From the NCBI GenBank assembly GCA_043228905.1, contig JBHGNT010000021.1, positions 12,524,001 through 12,588,000 of the forward strand: 64,000 bases of DNA. Direction: 5' to 3'. Under the pieces are notes generated by a model. The model was not told the origin of the DNA, ran no database searches, and was given only the letters and a program-made list of their open reading frames with translations. This stretch comes from Azolla caroliniana (taxonomy: Eukaryota; Plantae; Polypodiophyta). Made by a program: the position numbers and the translations under genes. Below, piece after piece: positions 53,016-62,026 of this stretch (positions within the stretch are counted from its first letter, which is position 1; each line of letters begins with the position of its first letter).

Positions 53016-56000
53016 GATCTGTACAGCCCATTAGTGGTTCCATTCCTTCCAAGCAAGTTAGCAATGTGTTCCTAGCCCAAGTCATTGTTAGTACTAAAAG
53101 TACTCCCCCAGTACCCGTCCTAGCACTTTTAGATTCCGGAGCTAATTCCTGTTTCATGGATCGAAATTTTGCCCAAGCTTCTCAGATATCCTTAAGAAAA
53201 CTTCCTTGTCCCGCATCTGTAGTGGTCATTGATGGTCGCCCCATTGCTTCCGGGAATATTGTAGAAGAATCAGAACCCATTCAAGTTGTCCTAGGTAGTT
53301 TTGTGTGTATAATATCATTTAATATAATTAGTAGTCCAGAGCATCCCATTGTCCTAGGATTACCTTGGCTTGAATTACATAATCCAGCCATAGATTGGAG
53401 AACAAGAGAAGTCCGATATCGACCACCCCAAGAATCAACTCACCGAGTTTCGACCATTTCACTCCATCAACTACGCGAAGAAGGACCCAAGGAGGCAATG
53501 TTCCTATTTGCCATATCAGTACATCCTTCTAGCACTATTAAGAAGGACTCCTCAATACAACTTCCGGCAAAATATCATCCTTATGCCGATGTATTTGACA
53601 AGGTAAAAGCCGGTACCCTTCCTCATCACCGTCCGTATGACTGTCCCATCGATTTACAACCAGGAACCGAGCCACCATGGGGACCAATTTACAACTTGTC
53701 ACCCACCGAGTTAGAAGTCCTTCGAGCCTACATAGAGGAGAACTTGGCAAGCGGGTTCATCCGTCATTCGAAATCTCCGGCCGGTGCACCCATCTTCTTT
53801 GTCAAGAAGAAAGATGGCTCACTTCGTCTTGTCGTTGATTACCGCGGATTGAATAAAGTCACCATCCGGAATAGGTATGCACTTCCTCTTATATCAAGTC
53901 TTTTAGAGCGAGTTAATGGTGCCAAGTTTTTTACTAAAATCGACCTACGAGGAGCGTATAATCTCGTGCGGATCCGACCGGGAGATGAGTGGAAGACCGC
54001 TTTTCGCACGCGGTATGGGCATTTCGAGTATACTGTTATGCCGTTTGGCCTAACCAATGCACCCGCAGTCTTCCAACACATGGCAAATGATATATTCAGA
54101 GACCTCTTGGATATCTGTTTGATCATTTATCTGGATGATCTCTTGATTTATTCGAAGACCCAGGAAGAGCACGATTCTCATGTACTATTAGTACTAAAGC
54201 GACTCCGCGAGAATGGTCTTTATGCCAAGCTAGAGAAATGTAGCTTTGACTGCAAGCAAGTGGAATTTCTAGGCTACGTCATCTCCTCAAAGGGCATCGC
54301 CATGGATCCAGCTAAAATCGAAACTGTACTAGAGTGGCAAATTCCACGGTCGGTACGAGATGTACAATGTTTTCTAGGCTTTGCTAACTTCTACCGTAAG
54401 TTTATACAGGATTACTCGAAGATTATTTTACCTCTCACACAACTTACGAAGAAGGGCCAAGCATTTCTTTGGTCCATCGAAGCAGATATGGCTTTTCGGC
54501 ATCTTAAGAAAGCCTTTACATCAGCACCGATTCTAGCTCATGTGGATACAAGCAAACCATTCATCATGGAGGCCGACGCATCAGATTTCGCCCTCGGTAG
54601 CATCCTTTCTCAACAAGGCGATAAAGAAGAGTTGCATCCGGTGGCTTTCCATTCGCGCAAATTCAATGTCGCAGAAATCAACTACGAAATACATGACAAG
54701 GAGTTATTAGCCATCGTGGATTCATTTGTACAATGGCGGCATTTCTTAGAGGGCTCTCCACATCAGGTCATTGTCTTTAGCGATCATAAAAATCTTGCTT
54801 ATTTTCAGAACGCTCGCGTACTAAATCGACGGCAAGCTCGGTGGGCGCAATTCCTCACGCGTTTCAACTTCGAAATCACATATCGACCGGGGAAGCAGCA
54901 AGGAAAAGCAGATGCACTATCACGGCGTTCATATCTTGCACCTCGTCCTGGTGACGCAACATTTGATAATCAAAAGCAAGTAATCTTGGGACCAACACGA
55001 TTGCACACGACGCGGATTTTTCACACCCCGATGGATTCACGGATTACCGATGACATACGTGCAACCTTGAAGACGGATAGTTTTGCTCAAGACATCCTGG
55101 CGCACATTGATACTTCTCGGGCATCCTGTTCTCAGTCTCAACAACCAGGTATTGACTACCGACAATTCGAATATCATGATGGTTTGTTATTCTTTAAAAA
55201 GCGCGTATATGTCCCCGATTGCTCGTGTCGCCTTCAAATCGTCCAACATTGTCACGACACCCATACGGCGGGACATTTCGGTAGTACCAAGACGTTGGAG
55301 TTAGTGCAGCGATCTTTTTGGTGGCCCCACATGCGCCGTTTTGTCGACGACTACGTTCGGACCTGTGATGCTTGCTGCCGAGCAAAGATGCCACGACACC
55401 ATCCATATGGCTTGTTGGAACCTTTACCAATTCCAAGTAAGCCATGGCAGTCTATTTGTCTTGATTTTATTACAGATCTGCCGGTCTCGAAGGGGTTCGA
55501 TGCTATCCTAACCGTCGTCGATCGATATACGAAGATGGCACATTTTGTGCCATGTACTAAAGCCATCACTAGCGAGGAAACCGCCGCTCTTGTTATGCGT
55601 GAGGTATTTCGGCATCATGGCCTACCAGACAGTATTGTCAGTGACCGAGGCCCGCAATTTGTCTCCAAATTTTGGCAGCATCTCTTCAGGATGCTCAAGG
55701 TCTCCTGCAACCTCTCCTCCGGCTACCATCCTCAAACTGACGGACAGGCGGAACGAACAAACCAAACGTTGGAGAAATATCTCCGGTGTTTCCTGAGTTA
55801 TCAACAGGATGATTGGGCCGAGATTCTCCACTTTGCGGAGTTTGCGTATAATAATGCTATTCACTCCTCGACTCGGGTCTCCCCATTTCTCGCTTATACC
55901 GGTTTCCATCCTCGCTGGTCGGTGATCGACACTCCGGAGCTACCTACCAACCCTCGTGCCGAGGACCATTTGGAGAGGCTATGCAAGATCCAGATGGATC

Positions 56001-56542
56001 TCTCTACTCACCTTCGTCATGCTCAACACACACAGAAGACTTATGCGGATCGTCATCGGATTCCCTCCTCTTTTGCCATCGGAGATCGAGTATGGCTCTT
56101 ACGTCGTCACATCAAGACTACTCGACCGTGCGACAAGTTGGATTATCGACGACTCGGTCCTTTCCGTATTACGGGGAAGATTAATGATGTCACCTTCCGC
56201 CTGGATCTCCCTCCGCAGCTTCAGATACATCCGGTTTTCCATTGTTCTCTTCTTGAACCTTATAAAGCAAACACCATTCCCGATCGTGTGACACCACCGC
56301 CGCCCCCGCTGGAGTTGGACGCCGGCCCGGAGTATGAAGTTGCTGCCATCCTCGATTCCAAACTTGTTCGCAACAAACTTTATTACTTGGTCGATTGGCT
56401 CGGTTATAGTCCGAGCGAACGTACTTGGGAACCCGTCGAGAATGTTGCCAATGCACAAGATCTTCTTGCTGATTTCCACCGAAAGTATCCGGACAAACCC
56501 GGTCCGCAGTTAGCGCCGACTCGTTCCACTCGTCGTCTTTAA
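52961..56542 (+). CDS. pol: Pol (PR-RT-RNase H-integrase-chromodomain), in the -1 frame relative to gag
   Basis: LLDSGA, YLDD, ADASDFALG, HHCC, DFITDL/SDRG, GPF, chromodomain EYEVAAILD..YLVDWLGY..TWEP; no ATG at the start of the ORF. Confidence 0.95.
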   Translation, partial: VKRLSPAKIGAIWLDNSPRSVQPISGSIPSKQVSNVFLAQVIVSTKSTPPVPVLALLDSGANSCFMDRNFAQASQISLRKLPCPASVVVIDGRPIASGNIVEESEPIQVVLGSFVCIISFNIISSPEHPIVLGLPWLELHNPAIDWRTREVRYRPPQESTHRVSTISLHQLREEGPKEAMFLFAISVHPSSTIKKDSSIQLPAKYHPYADVFDKVKAGTLPHHRPYDCPIDLQPGTEPPWGPIYNLSPTELEVLRAYIEENLASGFIRHSKSPAGAPIFFVKKKDGSLRLVVDYRGLNKVTIRNRYALPLISSLLERVNGAKFFTKIDLRGAYNLVRIRPGDEWKTAFRTRYGHFEYTVMPFGLTNAPAVFQHMANDIFRDLLDICLIIYLDDLLIYSKTQEEHDSHVLLVLKRLRENGLYAKLEKCSFDCKQVEFLGYVISSKGIAMDPAKIETVLEWQIPRSVRDVQCFLGFANFYRKFIQDYSKIILPLTQLTKKGQAFLWSIEADMAFRHLKKAFTSAPILAHVDTSKPFIMEADASDFALGSILSQQGDKEELHPVAFHSRKFNVAEINYEIHDKELLAIVDSFVQWRHFLEGSPHQVIVFSDHKNLAYFQNARVLNRRQARWAQFLTRFNFEITYRPGKQQGKADALSRRSYLAPRPGDATFDNQKQVILGPTRLHTTRIFHTPMDSRITDDIRATLKTDSFAQDILAHIDTSRASCSQSQQPGIDYRQFEYHDGLLFFKKRVYVPDCSCRLQIVQHCHDTHTAGHFGSTKTLELVQRSFWWPHMRRFVDDYVRTCDACCRAKMPRHHPYGLLEPLPIPSKPWQSICLDFITDLPVSKGFDAILTVVDRYTKMAHFVPCTKAITSEETAALVMREVFRHHGLPDSIVSDRGPQFVSKFWQHLFRMLKVSCNLSSGYHPQTDGQAERTNQTLEKYLRCFLSYQQDDWAEILHFAEFAYNNAIHSSTRVSPFLAYTGFHPRWSVIDTPELPTNPRAEDHLERLCKIQMDLSTHLRHAQHTQKTYADRHRIPSSFAIGDRVWLLRRHIKTTRPCDKLDYRRLGPFRITGKINDVTFRLDLPPQLQIHPVFHCSLLEPYKANTIPDRVTPPPPPLELDAGPEYEVAAILDSKLVRNKLYYLVDWLGYSPSERTWEPVENVANAQDLLADFHRKYPDKPGPQLAPTRSTRRL

Positions 56543-59367
56543 GGGGGAGATAGTGTCATGGCAAGACTCGAACCCATGCCTTTATGCTACATGGGTCGAG
56601 CTCTTACCATTAGATTAGGAATTGTATTTTGTAGGATATTATTTTCATTTATACTTTATCATAGAAAATTGATGTATATTCCAGATCTCTCTGGAACATT
56701 CTAGAAGCTTCAAGATTATTCCTAAAAACACTATAAAAGGAGGCACAAGGCATTGTTTTGAACCAAATTGGTTCAACACCAGTCTTAAGCCTCTTAGCCG
56801 ATTTGTACTTATCTTTCATATAATATAAGAGCTGCTGTCATCATCCTATTTCTCTCTCTCTCCTCTTCTCACTTCCTCTCTCTCGGGAATCTTACGCAGT
56901 CCTGTCTTCTTAGTACTAATAGTACTACTCTTCTTAGTACTAATTCCATCTCTGCTTTAGTACTATTCCTGACAGTGTGTATCTACAGCTGAACTCTCTC
57001 GGAATTCCTGTTTGTTGCAGATAACTGTTGAATTGGCCGGAAAAATATTCTTTTCCGCCATCTGACCGCAGGCACTTGATCTTCCTCTCTGATTCCCGTT
57101 CCACCATGCTCTGGAGGTTCCGGAAACAATCGAAGACTTCGCTCTTCCGCTCAATGAGGTAGATCCATGTGTGCCGGCTATAGTCGTCGATGAAGGAGAC
57201 GAAGTATCGTCTCCCGCCAAGACTCATGTTCTGTGCCGGTCCCCATACATCCGAATGAATAAGGTCGAGCTTGTTACGGCTAGGGTTTTGTTCGGCGGGG
57301 AATGGAAGCCGGTGTTGCTTCCCAAGTTGGCAGGCTTCACATACTTGGGCCTTTCAGCCACTAAACTTCGGCAAACCGAAAACAACTTGTTTCATTTGCA
57401 AGTCTTGAAGCCACCGGTAATTGACGTGGCCGATCCGCTTGTGCCACAGGTCGATGTCCGATTCGACTTTCTGTCCTTTGGCGAACAGGGCGGTGCCGAC
57501 GTCATTGGTGTCGAGGATGAACATCCTCCCATCTCTGCACCCTTGCGCGATAATCTGGCCCTCTTCCTTGATGAAGCACCCAAGGTGCGTAAACCGCACC
57601 TGCATTCCCTGGTTGACGATTTGTCCGACCGACACCAGGTTCTTCGTGATAATCGGAACGTGTAATATATTCATCAGCTTCCCCCTCTGTCTGACGTGGC
57701 TCAGGGGAACTTCTTTGACATGCACGATTGGGTGAGGAGTGTCGTCTCCGGTTTCGACAACTCCCGGTTGTTCCGGTTTCTCCAGGAAGGAGAACCACTC
57801 TTTGTGGTTCGTCATGTGATTGGATGCACCGGAATCAACGTACCACACTTCCTCTGATTTGGAACTGGTATTCTTCATCGAATTTGCCTCGTGCTTCATC
57901 ACCAAGGCTGGCCCCTTACCGGTTTTCCCGGTTCCGAATCCTCTCGATCCTTGTGCGTAGTGCGAGCTTTGCCGGTTCTCCTGACCGGTTTTGCCGCATC
58001 CAGATCTGTCCGAATCGGCGTGCTTCTTCCAGCACTCGCTTTCTCTGTGGCCCGTTTTACCACAGTACCAGCATTCCGTGGCGGATTTTTCTTGTCGGCT
58101 TCCGGCGCCACCTTGACTCCCCCTGCTTGTGGAAGTCCCGAAACTGTTGTCGGCACGGTCTCTGTGCCGTCGGTCTTTCCCTTGCCGGCCGCCTCCATTG
58201 CGTGCCGACCCGCCTCGTCCACCACGCCTACGGGGCCGATCCGCCTCCGTTTACAACATCCGGCTGTTGGTGGGTGCACTTGTTGATGCACCAGCGTGGT
58301 TCTCCTCTACAAGGAGCATCAATTGTAAGTCGAAAAATGATAGTGTATTCTCCCTCACCGGCGTGGTTCTCCTCTACAAGGAGCATCGATTGTAAGTCGA
58401 AAAATGACAGTGTATTCTCCCTCGTACATACTGCTGTCCAGAAAGCTCGGAACTTAGACGCCAGGCCCCCAAGGCAGACCTGTACCATCCCATCTTCCTC
58501 TACAATGACGTTGATAGAGGCAAGCGAGTCACAGATCTCTTTGATTCGGGTCGTGTAATCAGCCACCGACATGTCGTTCTGTCGGACATTGCTCAACTCC
58601 TATCGGAGTTGCAGCTTCCGGACTGTGGTGCTTGTGGCGAACACCTTCTTCAGGTTTCCCCAAGCCTCTTTCGGCGTCCGGGCATCTCGGACGTGGCTTA
58701 GCAGCTGGTCTCTGACACTAGATGCAAAGCAGTACATCACTCTGCTTGCCGATTGTTCCCACACCGGGAAGTCCTTGTGTGCCGCATTAGGTGCTATGTC
58801 GTTAGGTCCGTCGACATAGCTCCAGTACCCATGCCCAAGCAGGTATTGGTGCATCTTGTAAGACCAAGATACGTAGTTGGTTCTGTTGAGCTTGTCCATT
58901 GGGAGCGAGCTAGCCATTCCTCTATCCATTTTGCTTTTCTTGTTCTTTACGAAAGTTTTCCTTTCAAGCTATGTCGGTTGCAGAGGTTCTCAACCCTCGC
59001 GCTCTGATACCATGTAAAAACAAATAGCATGCGGAAGGAATAGAAAACAGAAAACAGAGAACAAGTTTAATGGAGAGCTTAACAGTACGCAGGAGAGACA
59101 AAGAGAGAGAACAAGAGACTCTAATAAAAAATTATATCAACGCTCTGTACATCGTATGTGTTCAACGAACACTTTTATACAGGTCCATACGGACTAATAG
59201 AAGTACGGTGTACTTCAATGCTCACTCGAGTGTCTGACACTAACTACGAGAGTAATAACTCCCTAGTAGTCTAGCTGCTACCAGGCTTCCGGTTACTGAT
59301 GGATCCGGCTAACCTGCTCCCTAGCTCACCGGCTCTTTTGCTCACCGGGTGCTCACCGGCTCACCGG

Positions 59368-62026
59368 TGTCGTGAAGAAAACCGGCTAGAAGCGGAATCG
59401 GCGAAGTAGGGCGCATGAACCAACCCTACACTTTTCCACACCAATTAATACCTTGTACATAACTAGGAGTAGGGCGATGGGTGTAAATAGACTAGATGTG
59501 ACGCATTGAGTGTCTAGGAAATCAAAGAGTATCTCTGTCCGAAAGGACAGAGAATAAATTGATGAAAACGAGGGTGCAACGGCCTGCCTCGACGACCTAT
59601 AAAAGGGAAGGAAGAAGGGGATGAAGATATTGGTTTTCAGGATCGAGGACGAAGTGTTGTCGGACTGGGACTGAGCTCTCTCCTCCAGCGTTCGTCATTC
59701 TCCACAGGATATTGGACTGAGTTGCCTCGGCTTCGTGGACAGCCCGTGTGCTTCCGGCAGAGGCTCCATAGTGCAGTCGAGACTGTGTGCGTGCGTGAGC
59801 ATCGTGTGTGTGTGCGTTAGCCTAAGTTCGGTCCATTGCAGGCTTGCTGGTTGTAATCGTTATTGATTTTGTAATTAAGACTTTGTTCTCTCTCTCTCTC
59901 TTTCTCCCTCTGTGTTTCTGCAAGCTGCTCTCTCTCTCTCTCTCTCTTCTTTCTCACACTCTTTGGTTCAAGGCCCCTACGGTCCCGCCTCTTTCCACAC
60001 GCGAAGAGCGTAACAACTCGACATATTTGGTGAACCCGACGTGAAACAAGCGACAAAGGAGTGAAGGATGAGGGTTCCGAGCTTGCTGAAGCTATGGTTG
60101 TAGCTGTCGACCGGCTAGTGAGCGCTCACGAGGGAACGGGTGTCCTCGACAAGGCCATTGAGTCAATCGTCGGCACTATAGGTCGATTCGGTGGGAAGAA
60201 TGCCACGAGCTACTAGGAGGCCTACCGGGCCAAAATGATCATGAGGGATATCTCGGCGGATAGGAGGCTGTCCAGATTCCCTTGGGTGGTGACGCCGAGC
60301 ATCCACGCAGAGGTGCTCGAGGTGCTGGCCGGATGCCAGACTTGGGGGGAGTTCGAGCTGTGGCTCCTCGAGATGTATAGGTTCGATGACTCGCTTCGTC
60401 TATCGAAGCGAGGCTTCATGGCATGGGTTGAGAGCCCTGGGAAGGGGAGGAACACGTCGGCGCTCCTCCAGGAGTTTGAGAAACGGTTCGCACGGCTGTC
60501 AACGCTGGACCGGACTGTGCTCGACACAAGCCAGGTACTACTATTCGTCAAGTCAGTGGACGCCATGGACCGGGAGAAGGTGGGTCTCCTGTTGGAAACG
60601 GATGAAGGGCTCACGACAAACTGGGCCATGGTAAGGAGGGTCTGCGGTCGTTTCGACAAGCGGCGCGAGTGGAGCGACGAGGGCTCGTTGGCGGCAAGGC
60701 CGGTCCCGGCGAGGGAGCTCGAGGAGCCGGTGTCGGTACCAGCTAGGAAGGAAGAAACTCGGAGTTGGCTTGAGACGGGCTCAACCCCGAGCGGAGTGGT
60801 CAAAGGTCCCTCCGGAGGCGTGGCTTTAGAAGAGTTGTCGCAGATGGTGCGAGATCTCCAAATCACACAGGCTGGGAGGGACATCGGCGAACAGTCTCGT
60901 GACCGAAGGCCTCCGGCGGGGTAGTGGTGCATGTGGTGCGACGCGGTCGGCCACATCCGGAAAGAATGCGCGGATTTCGCCGAGGCACTTAGGACCAACG
61001 TGATGTACCTCTGGAATGGGCAGGTGCACGCGAGCGAGACCCGAAAAGCCCTAGAGTTGAATACGGGGCGCGGCGGAATGAAGCGGTTGATGGAAGAGGC
61101 TGTGGCACGACATGCAGAGACCGTTAACTACTCGGCGTCAACGGGAGTCCAGGTCGGGGGTGATGAAGCCTGGAAAGCGATGGACTCTAGATTCTGGCCA
61201 TTGGTGCTAGAGGGTCTCTTTGGAGTATGGCTGAAGAAGGAAGAGGCAGACCGCGCGGAACAGCGGATCCGGGAGGTCACCGGATGGGATGACCCGGTGG
61301 AAGAAAAGACTGGCTTCGCGGCAGCCGCATGCCAGGACTACGAGGTTCTGGTAGAAGACAAGTGTGCGAGAAAGGCCGGAGGGGGCAGCCCCTCGCAGCG
61401 GTACGAGACCCAGTTCGGACCGAAGCTGAATGAGGCCGCCAACGCCGGCGCACCGGAGAAGAAGAAGCAGGCCCCCGAGCACCGAAATCGAATGAACAAC
61501 GGATTTGCGGAAGGTCCTAGAAGAGAGAATTCTGGACAACAAGGTCGAGCTATCGTTATGGGAGGTGCTAGGAATCGCCAAGAAGGAGTTCCACGACTCC
61601 ATCGTGGACTTGGTGAAGCGGAAGAGGCTCTCGACGGAGCTGGAACCGGAGAGGACGATGGAAGTGCAGACGACGCACTTAGAAGACACGACCCTAGAAG
61701 ATGAGTTGGCGGAAAGCCACAACGCGAAGCCACATTGGGCTAGGGCCACTACGGAAACCCCTGTTCGGGTCAGCGATGTCCAGGAGCCGGTGGTGGCATT
61801 GGTAGACCATGGTTCGGAGATCAACCTGATGTCCATGGACTTCTATAAAAAGCGGAAATGGCCAATCAACACCAAGCATGGGTGGAAGATACGCGCGGCG
61901 ACGCACGCTACAGAGGAGCTGCATGGTGCGTTGCCGAACGTACGCGTGAAGATCAGCGATGTCGAGATAGATCAACATTTCTTCGTGCAGGAGACTTCCT
62001 CGCACCCAGTAATTCTCGGTGAACTG
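59368..62026 (+). mobile_element. Trp-primed Phygy-like Gypsy element, copy 2 (5' LTR 59368-60023, PBS 60028-60045, gag, protease), interrupted by copia E
   Basis: TGTCGTGAAG..CTCGACA; TGGTGAACCCGACGTGAA; CMWCDAVGHIRKEC; protease ALVDHGSEINLM; preceded by CCGG. Confidence 0.9.

Larger units (their letters stand above)
51326..56974 (+). mobile_element. Intact, recent Ty3/gypsy chromovirus (Tcn1/Tf1-sushi-like)
   Basis: 421-bp LTRs (51326-51746, 56554-56974) with only 2 differences seen; TSD GTGTG; PPT AAGGGGGAGATAG; uninterrupted gag and pol. Removal restores the host integrase motif SCRYTPEQNSVAERKN. Confidence 0.97.
49344..59367 (-). mobile_element. Ty1/copia copy D (same family as A and C), RT/RH deleted, carrying nested insertions
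   Basis: 3' LTR 49344-49764; 5' LTR 59013-59367 (interrupted); iMet PBS TGGTATCAGAGC at 59001-59012; gag (58929), PR WYVDSGAS, integrase split by the Tcn1-like element, RT to LYVDDLVITGP. Confidence 0.93.

Noticed and set aside
57728-58558. 276-aa plus-strand ORF and similar antisense ORFs (16739-17374, 60222-60998, 61207-61836)
   Set aside because: Shadows of GC-rich retrotransposon coding strands, with no recognisable motifs.
60028-60045. tRNA-like sequence (also 11373, 25749, 44159, 59001)
   Set aside because: Only 11-18-nt complements of tRNA 3' ends next to LTRs. These are PBSs, not tRNA genes.
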